A stretch of DNA of 64,000 nt from positions 6,138,001-6,202,000 of the forward strand of contig OZ210885.1 of NCBI GenBank assembly GCA_964658305.1, given 5' to 3'. The notes below the pieces were generated by a model, which saw only the letters and a list, made by a program, of their open reading frames with translations, ran no database searches and was not told where the DNA came from. Below, piece after piece: positions 22,720 to 34,930 of this stretch. The DNA is from Leptogorgia sarmentosa. Its lineage: Eukaryota. Position 1 is the first letter of the stretch. Each line of letters begins with the position of its first letter. The translations under genes were made by a program, and so were the position numbers.

Positions 22720-23988
22720 GTGGATTAAGAAAACGTTTAAAAATGTACCAGAAAAAAAAAGGGGGGGAAAGGGCGTAAGAATGGCGTTGCTTGCTTGCTC
22801 GCTCCACGAAACATTTCGTACAAAACATTTCAGGTATCACAACGCGTTCAAAAGAAACGAAATCCCAGAGCACACAGAAGAACCGATGTTCGCAAATAGA
22901 CCAATGCACTGCGCAAGCACAGAAATTCGTGCCCAGTACATCAGAAGAAAATTTTCAGTAGTTCTTCGCTGACGAAGCTCTTCTACCTCGCAAATTCAAC
23001 TCCTGAATTCAGTCAACTGGCCATCTGTCTCGCCCCTCCCATGCAAGTGCAGGAGGCGGTAACACGCTACATGCAACCGTATCTGCAGGAGAGAAAGCTC
23101 ACCGATCCCCTGCCTTCCCCTTGGCGCACACAATCGGCGGCGCGCCCAAATCCCGACGATCTGGTCGAAATTTCGAAACATCACCTGCACTTGTACGACG
23201 GAGATTCATGTGAAATCCACATGCCAGTCTCCTCGCAAAACCGCGTCCTAAACGAATTGCGCACGCATGGTCGACATATCAGGGTTCGAATGCCCAATCA
23301 CGACGCGCCTGAGACCGACAGTTCCGTTCGTATTTTCAAGACGGCGCCCGATTCGGAAAAAATGACGCCCTTCATTAAGAGGCACATGGGAATCGAGTCG
23401 TTGCGAGCGGCACACCAGGCTAAATTCGATGCGAAAGCGGTCTTCCTGCAGGTCAGCGCCACGAAACAGTTGGACATATATTGACGCCTCCTTACAGACA
23501 TCTGGCTTTTGTTCCATGACGACGCTGAGTACCATAGACTGTCCCTGTATCTAGTGACCGCTGGCTTAACGTTTGCCTTCTATACAACCGGCATCGACAC
23601 ATGCATCATGCGCGAAATGTGAGAAGCTAGTAGACAAAAAAAGGGCTTGTTCAACTTGCCGGAAGAAATTTTCTGCCATCCGATGTGGCCGTGGGAAATT
23701 AGAAGATTGCAGCGTGTCGACCTGTCAGCCGAGTAGCGAGAACTCTTAACACAGCTACGACAGATATGCAACGTGCCGGACGGCCAGGAAAATACGTGGC
23801 GAGCACGCCACAAACTATTAGCAGCGCCGGTAGAAATTCAAGACGAACACGACATGCCCAACAGTCAGCCCGACGACCAATTCTACTATCGACGCGTGGA
23901 CTGTGCATTGCACGTCGAAAGCCTGTGTTTCTGCGCACAAAGCACCATTCGAAACAAAATAATTGCACGCAGTTATTTCATAGATTGA
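22720..23988 (+). pseudogene. Intronless staphylococcal nuclease (SNase/thermonuclease) gene
   Basis: Single frame with stops at 22897, 23482, 23620 and 23734: LYDGDSCEI...IRVRMPNHDAPE...MGIESLRAA...LDIY*RLLTDI...LSLYLVTAGLT...EASRQKKGLF...PMWPWEIRR. Confidence 0.8.
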
Positions 23989-25627
23989 GTAATACTGAAT
24001 ATTATTGTACATTTTTTTTTCTCATCCAGGTTGACTCAAGCGTTCACTTACATATAATTGTGCGCCGGGGAAACATCGCTAGTCTTTGTAAGTCTAATCT
24101 GAAATTGTAAACTATTTGCATCTTCAAATTTTTGTTGCGTAGAGAAAGTGTCTGTTGCAAAAAATCTTTTGTATACGAGATTTACTAGTTTGTGAGTGCA
24201 TATATTTAGATATTACAATCAGAAATTGCATGCACGCAGCGACTATTCCTATTCATGCAGAAGTATAATTTGCTGCGGTTTAAATTTCAACACATGGTTA
24301 AAAACAGGCCCCAAACAGGTGTGTTTTCACGATATTCACCTTGTTGTTTTATTTTTCTTTCCCAGCATGCGTCAATTCTCCAAACATTTGCACCTTGCAT
24401 AGCGTTGGCTGCTTGCAGTGTACAGTACACCACACCATATACACCTACTAGAACCTCAAGATACGTAGTGGTAGCCTTCCAGTTTGTATGAAAGCTTGGA
24501 AAATGGAAGTTACTAGGACATTCATGACGGACATGGATTTGACAATTTTTTTCCATGTAACTATTTTATGCAATGAATGAATGCTCTCTCTAATTCCAAT
24601 ATAAAATTCTTGTTCTATTATGTGCCCAATGTAAAGCTCAAAATCTTGAAGTAATGCCCTCTTTCCAGTATCGGTAGAGTTTTTTAATTTGAGAAGTGGT
24701 TTTGTGAAAACTGTATCATGAAAATCAGTGATCGTGTTTTTACTATATCTTACCATGATGAAGTTATTTGAAATGGTTGATTTCTGTCATAGCTAGAGCG
24801 AAGTCCAATTTATTTGTCTGGTATTAATATCTCCGGTATGATTTCATATCAGAAGTATTGGTATTTAACAACCAATCGGATGCTTAGAAAAACCTTTGTA
24901 ATCTAAAGCCCAACACCGCCAGGTGATTCATTCATATAATGCATTTTGTATGCAGATCGACATGAAGTGAATTGGTGACAATATAATATATAGATATATA
25001 ACGTTTTATTGTTTTGATTTTTTCTACAAACTTCAACCAACGAGAACATTGCTAGTCTTGGTAAGTCTAATTTGAACTATTGCAAATTATTTGGGGTTAG
25101 TGAAATGGCACGCTATTCTATTTCAACGTGTTATAAATTCTTAGTCAAGCAACGCGCTAGTCTCTTTATTTATTTATTTATTTATTCATTTATTTCCAGG
25201 TTGACGATGAGTTAATATTACTTTAACCTACTACGTACACTGAAAGGTGAACTCATGGTAAGTTCATTGAATTCTTTAACGTCTTTGTGAGGTGCGATAT
25301 CACTGGCAAACTAATTGCCTGCTTGCAGTTAAATTTTGCTTTATAAAACAACATCACTCGTTTTTATCTGAGCAGTCGACTGGTCGAATTCGAGCAAGAA
25401 ATTGGTCTTGTAGACCAGGATTGATTAGGGTCAAGTTTTGGTTTCTAGTTATCGTAAGGGTTATAGGGACAGAAACTGCGTCGCGTGTTAAAGTCTTTTG
25501 GCTTGAATAAGGTTTAGGGTTTTGGTTAGGATTGACAATACCAGAATGTGACACAATCTTCGATTCCTTCATTCCTTTGTATAGACTGATTATAAAGTGG
25601 AAGAATTAACATGCGTCGAATGAGAAA

Positions 25628-27714
25628 ATGGCAAGCTATTCTGTTTCATCGAAGTTTGCAAGCATTATTTTCCCAATGTTCCGAAATCTACTGTCCGAAA
25701 CTGGTGCAGGTCACTTGACATTCAGTTGCTGAGCTGCACAACTAACGAACGGTCGTGTTTTAAAGACAGAAATCCGGGCCTAGGAGCATCATTTGGCCTC
25801 ATCAAAGACGCAGACCTGGAACGCCTGAAAGAATTGCAAGGTACGAAGCGAGCTAGATTTCTTCCAAGTTCTTCTCATCAAACAACCCCTGTCAGTGGCA
25901 AATCGACTTCTAAGCCCACCGCTAAGGAACATCCTCCTCCCTGTGCCATTGGCATTGTATCGTACAGCAAGAGTTCCGAAGAAGAACCGCCGTTCCCACA
26001 AATTATCATTAAACCTGACGTCCCACCGCCACCGCCCCCCCCCCCGGCCCCCCTCTAGCAGCTGTGGTGCGAAAATTGAAGTGGACAAACCTGCCGAAAC
26101 TACACCAGCAGCAGAACCAGGTACGCCTAGTACGCCGACAGGTCGCAAACGGACGCAATTGTCCCTTGATGAATGCACCGATAATTTAAAGGGGGAGCTG
26201 AACGAACTTGTCCATTTTTATCAACCCACGTTAAATCCTAGCAGGCTGGGGCCTGCACTTGCAAAAGCTATGTTTGACAAGATCAGGGAGCGAGTAATGT
26301 GCTTCCTTTTCTACTGCAAGAATGATAGGAAAATCGAACAGTTATTGTTAGATCATTTTAACAACGTTGAGCTATTTACAAAGTACTTAGAACATTTGAA
26401 AGACGCACGCAAGCTTAAGCCGTCTACATTAGTCACGACAATTACTGCAGCAATTAATGTTGTGAAATTTAACTTACGCAATTCCAGCACGGACCCAAGT
26501 TCTTCTGCTCCGATCCAATCCTACAAATCATTTCAACGCCAGTTTCAAAGGGAAAGTACAATGCTTGCAAAACGCTCGAAAGAAGGCCTTGCCGGTAAAT
26601 CGACTCGGCAATTTTATTTCGCCCACATCTTAGAAACGCTAAGAAGCATAAGAGACCGTTATTTCGAATCCAAAGGCCACAAAAAAGGTCGGCACCTGCA
26701 CGATTTTGTTTTGTTAGCCACGTTTGTCCGAGAAATACCGGGCGTAGCCGCGAACTTCGAACGATGAGGGTTTTTGTTGAAAATGAAAAAGCCGGTTTTT
26801 CAAATATGAAAACACAGATCCAGGTAATTTTATCGTTTTTCAAAAAGACAAACGCGTCGTAATTCTGCAGTTGAATTTCAAGACTTCAAAAACTTGCGGT
26901 CCTTCGAGAATCGACCTCTCCGACGACAAGTGCTTAGTGTACTATCTAAAATCGTATTTGAACACTAGGCCATCATTGCTTTGTGGCCACAACCATGATT
27001 TCTTTTTCTGCAATTAGCGTGGCCTACCATTTGACTCCAGCGCATCGATTGCTAAGTATTTAGGGGACATTTTTCAACGCGAGGTTTCAAATTCGTGCCA
27101 GCACGACAGCCCTAAGGCATTCAATCGTCACATATTTCTCGAGTTTGGATGAATCAAAAGATGTTTCCATGCGGAAAAGTTTGGCCTTGTTGACGAAACA
27201 TTCAGTTCGTTACCAAGAACAAGTTCACAATGATCAGACGACAGACGAAATTGTGAATCCGGCACGTGAGGTTTTGCACACCAAAATTGCGGCAGATGTT
27301 TTCGGCCACCGTGAATGCGATGATAGTACAGAGGTTTCGGTTGGTTCAGGGGAAAATGATGCGGAAAGTTCGGGAGAGGAATTTGATCTTAAACCAAAGC
27401 AAGAGGACATCGTGGCACTGTTGGATCCAATTTCGACAGCCGACAACATTGAATTCTTTTTAGTAAAAGTTGCTCGATACAATTTCGATAAATCCAAAGT
27501 GCATTTGATTCACTTGAAACGTGTAGAAAACGAAGAAAATTTGTTTCGCCTTACCCCAGGCCGTGTTTGGACTGAGTCAACTAAATCGTTGATATTTCTG
27601 TTAGATATCGTTTGGAGTCAACACAACAAAGCTTATGAACTTCGAACTTTACCAGAAGATATTTTCGAATCGTTCATGGTAAAAAAAAAATCACTGATTG
27701 CCGGAATGAAATAA
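25628..27714 (+). pseudogene. Intronless tyrosine recombinase of non-DIRS type, frameshifted
   Basis: Core-binding region FTKYLEHLKDARKLKPSTL; catalytic motifs across frameshifts PG/RSRELRTM, NFKTSKTCGP, RPSLL...HDFFF, TTALRHSIVTY, LALLTKHSVRYQEQVH; beta-rich C-terminal domain. Confidence 0.8.
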
Positions 27715-29037
27715 TCTAAAAATTAGAGTACCGAGCGAGCGAGCGAAACTAGGTCTTCTACTCTCTTGGCATTCTTTCCTATTCTTTTCCAACTTTCTGT
27801 TCCCTTCTGTTCTGTTCTTTTTTGGGTCCGGTAAGGAAATCCAAAACCGAAATGTGTTTGTAACTATAATGTTAATCAAAACATTCTAGTTTTGTTGAAT
27901 GTGTGTACAAGAAGATGTTCTTTATAGTAAAATGGAAATAAACTATTCAACTTCAGCATTTTTCACTGGAACAGGTGGTCTACAGGGGTGAGGAAGGGGG
28001 TTGGGGAGAGGGACTTTTAGGCTTTAATATAATTAACTTCACATGACGTCAAGGAAGTTATGGTTCAGATGTTCATGAACATCGTATAGAGGTCATTTTT
28101 AGGCCACATGGGAAAACAAACATGGCCACATGGCGTTCATTTAAATTATCAGTGAGACCTTTAATATTTGCTTCTTTTTAAACTTTTTCAAACGAAAGAA
28201 TGTGAACGTGGTGGTGGAAAGCTAAATCAAATTGGTATGTTCAGGTTTTTGTTTTGAACCGCCGCAATTACTGCGAGTTCGCGCGAATTCATGATCGCCA
28301 ATACATTATTAATTAATTAAATATATATGTATGTTTTTTAATATGACAGCCTGTGAATGCTATGAAATGCCAATGCTGCTGCTTCAGTTTGTAAGTTTGC
28401 TCGCTTTTTGAAAGCAGTGGCTGAAAGCAGCAGTGCAGTTTAGCATTTATATACTGCTCAATTCAATAATATGATTATTTGACACCAACCAATTAAAACG
28501 CTGGGCTGAAGATTAACTAACCTGCTAGCATTTCTGTCAATTTTCAAATCTTGAATGCTTTCAATTAATTCACGCCGAACCAGGCTGAATGAAAACTCAC
28601 CAAAGTCATCTCACAGCCAACAACCGTTTCGTCGGGGTCTTCCACAATCAGCCCCCGCCCTCCCCCCAGGAAAGCTCCAACCGTATGCTCGGCCGGTTGG
28701 ACTTGATCGACGATTCAGATTCGGGCAAATTCACATGCAGAGCCCGAAATAATTTTCAGATTCGTCTCGCCTTCAAATTGTCAATCAAATCTCGAAGTGA
28801 TTGAAAGAACCTGCATGCATGTCGTTTGCATAATTGAACAATTATTATTTCAGACTGCTCAGAGGTAAAATTGAACCGATACAGCTTGTTGCAACTGGAA
28901 ACGTCTTTGTTGTAATAAATCGTTCATTCATTCATTCATTACAATACAATAATTTTACTTGTTAGTATATATATATATATATATATATGATATATAGCAC
29001 GATTCATCGGCAGTGTCTGCACTCACAGTTTAAAAGT

Positions 29038-29192
29038 GTCTTTGCACATGTATGCCGTATGTGTATACGTACATCAGTAATGGAAACTGGGCTTTGTACG
29101 ATGTCAGGAGACAAAAATATGAAAATATTTACAAAACTGCTACTATATACAAGAAAAACTAGCGATTTGCACAGTTGAGAAAATCATCCTTA
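29038..29192. repeat. Dispersed repeat; inverted second copy at 42181-42335
   Basis: Both copies translate as VFAHVC.MCI..SVMETG.CT.SGD.NMKIFTKLLLYTRKTSDLHS. Confidence 0.8.
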
Positions 29193-29699
29193 ATCAATGC
29201 CATTTTCTCAACTATGCAAATCAACGAACTATACAGTTCGTTTTCGAGCATTTTTGGTGTGAAAGATTTGGAAAACTATGTTGTCGATCGCAGTGCATGC
29301 ATGCACTGAACTGATTAAAGCTAAGTGAAACGTCTGGAGCGCCGATTTGGCGCGACGACCAGTCCACACGTTGTTGTTCGGACCAATTGCATTCCTGGGA
29401 ATGGAGTAGAAAGCGTACGATTTCGCTGATACTACCGCCAAAACAGAGGTCAGTTAAGCTCTAAAGCTCCATATATCTCCCATTGACGAGCAAAATTGTC
29501 TAGCGTTTGACAGAGTGAAATATGGTAGAGCGCATCTGCATGTATTGCAGCTCAATTGCAACTCAAGTTAAGTGTTAGTTACTTGCTCTGGAACGCATTA
29601 GTTACTTGCCCTGTTGAAATATGTTGCAACCCACCTTGAATTGCTGCTTCATAATTTTTGCCCAGCCTTCCCTTTAATGTGTATATTACTATTAATGTG

Positions 29700-30385
29700 C
29701 ACGCTGTCTAAGACAGCTCAGAGTACAGCATTTAGACGAAGTAAAGAAACATATGAAATGGCAGCAAGAATTCATGGTGCAACCAATGGTAACAAGAGAC
29801 CTGCACTTGATGGTCTATTCGACACTCTTCAGAAAAAATGCAAAACAAGTGAGCTTGGTGACTATGTATTATCTAACAACAAAGTAACGAAATATGTAAT
29901 TATGAAAAAGCAGAAGTTACATCAACAAAGATTTTATACTTCTAAGGCTAACATTCTACGAAGCATAGCCCCATATTACACAGCAGGTGTAATGGGAAAA
30001 AGAAAATACCAAGCAGTAAGAGTATCAAGTAGCATGACTTCTTGTGGAAAGAAAAGAGGGGGAAAGACAGCTATAACATATATGCCAGAGTGCACAATTC
30101 CAAAGTTGCTTACATACAATGCTCTAATAAGTGAGATAAATAAGATTGATATAGGAGTAGTTCAGTCTGTCACAGAAGTCTTTCCAACATACATAGAGGA
30201 TGAAAACATATGTGGTTGTTTCAGAGATTTAAGAGCATACTTACCTAGGTTAGCAGCTTTTTATTTAAACATGCAAACACGTAGAGATGCTTTGAAATGG
30301 TTTGGTGAGACAAAGGGCAATTTTCTGGTTGCTTTTGGAGGGGATGGTTGTCCATTTAGAAAAAATGGAACTGCATGCTTTTTCT
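29700..30385 (+). mobile_element. Putative DDE transposase fragment (CMC/Transib-like first catalytic Asp)
   Basis: Long open frame ending FLVAFGGDGCPFRK, truncated by the Polinton ATPase piece; superfamily uncertain. Confidence 0.45.
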
Positions 30386-30611
30386 TGTTAGTTCATTTAC
30401 ATCGTTTGGAAACCCTTCTATCAGTTCAACATTGGAGGGAACTCATCAAATTCTTTTTGATACTCTCCATAACAATAAACAATTTTGGTAGGAACAGGAT
30501 AAAACATTTCGTCTAAATGATTTAGCATACGACGAACCGCATGTACGATTTACCGCATTGCGTTTGTCTGCAAATATAAAAATTCGCAGGGGTTTTAAAT
30601 CTTACATCCAT
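30385..30611 (-). mobile_element. Polinton packaging ATPase fragment (copy 3, N-terminal)
   Basis: MDVRFKTPAN...QTQCGKS (Walker A), KIVYCYGEYQKEFDE; near-identical overlap with 10417-10535. Confidence 0.85.
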
Positions 30612-31804
30612 CGCGACAAAGGAATTATTGGCATACCAATAAGTATTTTATTGCTTCCTGCCCTCAAGGGATATAAATTAGTTAATTAAGTATAGATAAT
30701 TGAATAGTCAACATATTTCAGTGGATTACTTTAAGTGGTAGATCACATGCTTGTAATGGCGGGAAAACGGAGGAGTGGCTTTATACATCAGGCAGAATTC
30801 ACATTGAGCTCATTCTGCTTTTGGCTTTGGCTGCACAAGGTTCGTTAATCAAGTCGTTTCTGCCCACCCTCCTCCCCGTTCTTCTGGCACGCACCAGTGT
30901 GATACTTTTATATAGGATTTATTATAGTTTTCTGTGTTAATTGTTGATTAATTACTTAGTTTAACCATTTGTAATGTTAATAATTCATTTATCGGAAAAT
31001 TAATAAAACCAGCATGTGCGTACATAACTCGCACATTGCCAAATTTATTCCAATACGCGTCTGACATGTTTATTGCGCAAAACACGGAAAACGGAGCTCA
31101 TCGTCACAAGGTATCTGCCAGATGAGGTGTTAATTAAAGGAAGCGGTAAAACGTAAAATGAGCTTCACACTAAACGTTCCTGACTTTTATGTAAACTTTA
31201 CAAGTAACACTAATTGAAAATGTGTTTAATACAAGACATTGACCTATGGAAAAAACTCTCTTCGATCTTGAACGCTGTAAAGTCAACGTCTTTCAAAAGG
31301 CGTTGCAACTAAGCTACAGCCTTGAGATATTAATATTATTCTTAATTATGGCATTATGATTGAAAAATCGGATGTACCAAACAAACATGTGGAAGCAGAA
31401 AAAAGGCGCGAATCTCAAACAACAACAATGACGACAGAGGTGCAAATCTCAAACAGTAACAGCAACGAGGCCACATCGCAACAAGAAATGGCCAAAGACA
31501 AGGAAAAAGAGGCAAAAAATTAAAGGCGCTTCGGCAATTTGTAGAGAAAAATGACCTTCATTTATTACAAAGGTTCGAGGATCAAGCCCAAGAAGCAACG
31601 CTCGATGAAGTCCTCCAAGGACCCCCAGTAAACCCCCTTCAACAAGTCCCATCCCCGGTACCTGACATGGATGACCTCATGGCCTCCTTGGACTGGGAGA
31701 ATTTTTATTTTTTAGACCATTTAGACTTTAACGATTTTTAATAAGACTTTTTTTAAAATAATATTTATAAAAGTGTTTCAATAAAAACTGTTCAAATAAA
31801 ATGT

Positions 31805-32014
31805 TCAAATGTTCCAACTAATAAGGAAATCGTTCATTATACTTGAAACAGGTTTCACAAAACCGACATCTTGATAAGGCTCCTCGGGTACCCACTCAAA
31901 GTACTTGCAAGACGATTCTTTGTCATTCGGACAACAGAAGAACTTTCGCCCTGTGTTAAGACCTGGCTTTTTAACTTTCTTCATGGCACACAATTGCCTG
32001 TGATGACAATTCAA
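31805..32014 (-). CDS. GRF-type zinc-finger protein fragment (Polinton accessory)
   Basis: CHHRQLC..KKVKKPGLNTGRKFFCC...CKYFEW, a canonical zf-GRF pattern. Confidence 0.75.
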   Translation of the reverse strand: MNCHHRQLCAMKKVKKPGLNTGRKFFCCPNDKESSCKYFEWVPEEPYQDVGFVKPVSSIMNDFLISWNI

Positions 32015-32161
32015 AATTCAAATAAACATTTGATAACTTACGTTGTAATAATTTTGCTTCAAAAAACAGTATCTTTGCCAAAAGATTTTCCTCTGAATCT
32101 CCAACACAATAGCGCTATACACTGTTACAATAACAATGCTATTTTTACGATACATCATTAA

Positions 32162-32635
32162 CCCTTTAAGTCCTAGTGCCAGCGCTCATTTTGCCCAGCT
32201 AACTCTCAAAGGAAAACAGGAAACGTCATGTATGTGACACCATTTGATTCAGGAGGTGATTGCAAGTATTTTGATATATAGTTTGTCTACAAAACGGTTT
32301 TTGAGTGAGATTTTTGTAAAGTTTTTCAATTTGCCCTTTAAATTTCGTTATGATGTAACAATAGTAATGGCTAATGCACGCAACAGGCTGACATTGGATG
32401 AAGTATTAGACGTTCTAGACGAAACGTATGGTATTCCTGGCGATGGGGAAGACTCGGATATTGATTCTGAGATTTCTGAGTGTTCAGATTCTGATCTAGA
32501 AGGTCCTCACGCTCTCATCTAGGGGATGAACAAGCCGAAATCCTCGATAATTTACATGCTGTTGATGTGATAGAATCAGATGAGGAAGAGGAAATCGTTG
32601 GTCAACGTGGGAAAATACCTGCTCTTGATTTTTCC
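32162..32635 (+). mobile_element. piggyBac left end with acidic transposase N-terminus
   Basis: TTAA|CCCTTT terminus; MANARNRLTLDEVLDVLD...DGEDSDIDSE. Confidence 0.7.
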
Positions 32636-32639
32636 TAGA

Positions 32640-32825
32640 CGCGCCATACACTACAATCCATCCGGATACATTGCATATGAATTACTTCAGGCGCGCATAC
32701 TAATTACTTTTTCCGCCATATTCCTAATGCATATTAATTTTCCACCATATTCCTAATGCATATTAATTTTCCGCCATATTCCTAATGCATATTAATTTCT
32801 GCCATATGTATGGTATAGTACTACT
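32640..32825. mobile_element. Polinton terminal inverted repeat end
   Basis: ~29-bp tandem units ccatattcctaatgcatattaattttcc ending ...tagtACTACT, the reverse complement of the AGTAGT Polinton start. Confidence 0.7.
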
Positions 32826-34319
32826 TATACATCGACTGTTTAGCATTTGTATGAGACCCATGTCGAATTCCTAGCACAAGCATGCACATAAACATATTCT
32901 TTTACACTTGAGACTTACACTCTATAAAGCTACAGCTGTTGATGAGACAAGCTAAGTAGCCAACTCTGCGGTTTCCATCATGGAACAGCCCCATTAGTAA
33001 AGCTCATAAATTGTGATTCTCAATTGTTTTATAATTCAGGGGACAGAGAAGCATGCACCGAAAAGCAGGAATCGCTGGACCTCGCTTTAGAAAAGGTGTT
33101 GGGTGGTGATTTTGGAGAGGTGAAGGACGTGACCGTGGACGATAGCGATGACGATCGGGAGAGACCCAATATGTCATCTAAGAAAGGTATTTATTCCATA
33201 ACTTATGTTTTATTTTAGTAGGAAAGCAGAAAGCTGCATGTACGGCGAGCTCATCCAAAAAACAGGAAAGGACCCAAATGCTCGACACAACAGATGAGGA
33301 GGACGAATGTGAAGACACTACGAAAAACGGTATACGAGTTTTACTTTTGAAAAATATTATGTGTAATAATGTGAAGGTATTCATTCATTTGTGTACAACA
33401 TCATGGGTGGATCACTGATATATGCAAGTTTCTGCAGCCATGATAGCAAATTACAATTTCCATACCTGGAAATATTTGTGGAACTCAGCAAGGAAGCAGA
33501 AAGAATAAATAGCCTTTTGAAAAGGTCATAACAAGAGGTATATATACTATCAATATAACTGTTAGGAACTGGTCATGCATATACCCGAGATGAAGACAAA
33601 ATAAATTTCAAAAAATACCTATATAATTGCAATATGTTTTTAGACATCGCTAAGTGTTAATCATATGTGTGATCCTCTATTGACAACGCTAAGAGGTCAC
33701 AACAAAATTGGACGACATCAAAGTGGAGTAACTCCACTGGATCAATACAGGTATATACTTTATCCAATAAATCCCGACAATCACGGCCAGCATAAAAGTA
33801 TTAACATTCTTTTGACGTCCCATATCTGACATATGCGTTTAGAACTGGTTATATCATAAACATTGTGAATGAAAGCAATAGCTAAAATGGCAGTGTTTTT
33901 ATATTTTGTGTTTATGATCAGTGTATCCATTCTGGAGCAAAGTTCGAGTCCAGAATAAGAACAAAAATTCTGTTGCTGAAGGGATATCATCCCTGGTTTT
34001 CAATCTGAAAGTGGTGTTGTGGGCAATGACTTTAATCGGAAGATTTATATTACAAAGGTTCTAGGTAAGATAACTTAATATTTTTTTCTCTTGATGGAAC
34101 AAATTATGTCACCCTAGGCAAATGGATCTTATCCAATATATATATACATATATATATATAAATTTCTAGACATTGAAAGCACAAACACAAAAGAAGGAAC
34201 TGGTATCATAAAACCATTCAACTTGTTACTATCTGAGGCTAGAATTAAAGAGGGCATGGGTGGCTTGGTCAGCCTTAACATTCCAAGAAATGCAAGAAAG
34301 CTGAAACTGCAGAGGATCA

Positions 34320-34485
34320 GGAAGAGTTGTGTGCTGCAAAGTCTTACCAAGCTCCTCAGGCCCAATTACCCATTGGGCAGCTAAGATGGGTACAATGTGA
34401 TTCTCCACAGTGTAATAAGTGGTACCACCTTCAATGTGTCAGGTAAGATGCTCATCTACCAAGGAAATGGTTTTGTGACTGTTCA
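34320..34485 (+). pseudogene. PHD-finger exon of a decayed spliced, probably transposon, gene
   Basis: LRWVQCDSPQCNKWYHLQCV...KWFC; acidic GT-AG-bounded exons upstream at 33040-33330. Confidence 0.6.
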
Positions 34486-34764
34486 AATTTGAATGCAAAA
34501 CTGCTTTTATGTATATAAAAAACAGTTTATTAAAAATTTAGGTTAAATACACTGAATTAATTACATTGTCCAGCCTGTTTACATGCTAATATCGATTATT
34601 TTTATTCATTAATATTGTGTACAAGTGATAAAATTCAGTATCGCAAGCTTGAAAACAATGCTTGATGCCGCCATTCCAGAAGTTGAGGTTTGTTCGCTAT
34701 GATGGTTATAACCAGAAAAATTCAAATTACGCTGAGAGAACACATGGAAAACATATGAAAATTT

Positions 34765-34930
34765 TTACTTGGAATTTGAAGCAAGAATGCTAACGCCGGG
34801 AGAGGATCCAGCGGTCTGTAAGTGGTATTTGGAACAAAAATTGTTAAAAGCCGACCCAAGCTAAACTGTAGGTGGTATTTGGAACAAAAATTGTTAAAAG
34901 CCGACCCAAGCTAAAACTGCTCTTCTCTTG
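34765..34930 (+). mobile_element. Gypsy gag fragment with a local ~49-bp tandem duplication
   Basis: EFEARMLTPGEDPAVCKWYLEQKLLKADP. Confidence 0.5.

Noticed and set aside
24130..24760. Minus-strand gene between the SNase and YR ORFs
   Set aside because: Short broken frames with no motif I can identify.
25420..25535. Telomeric (TTAGGG) target site for the YR element
   Set aside because: Only scattered single TTAGGG-like words, no tandem array or junction; such words are common in small repeats.
29614..30516. Single 300-aa protein
   Set aside because: The C-terminus after ~30385 is antisense Polinton ATPase; the ORF is chimeric.
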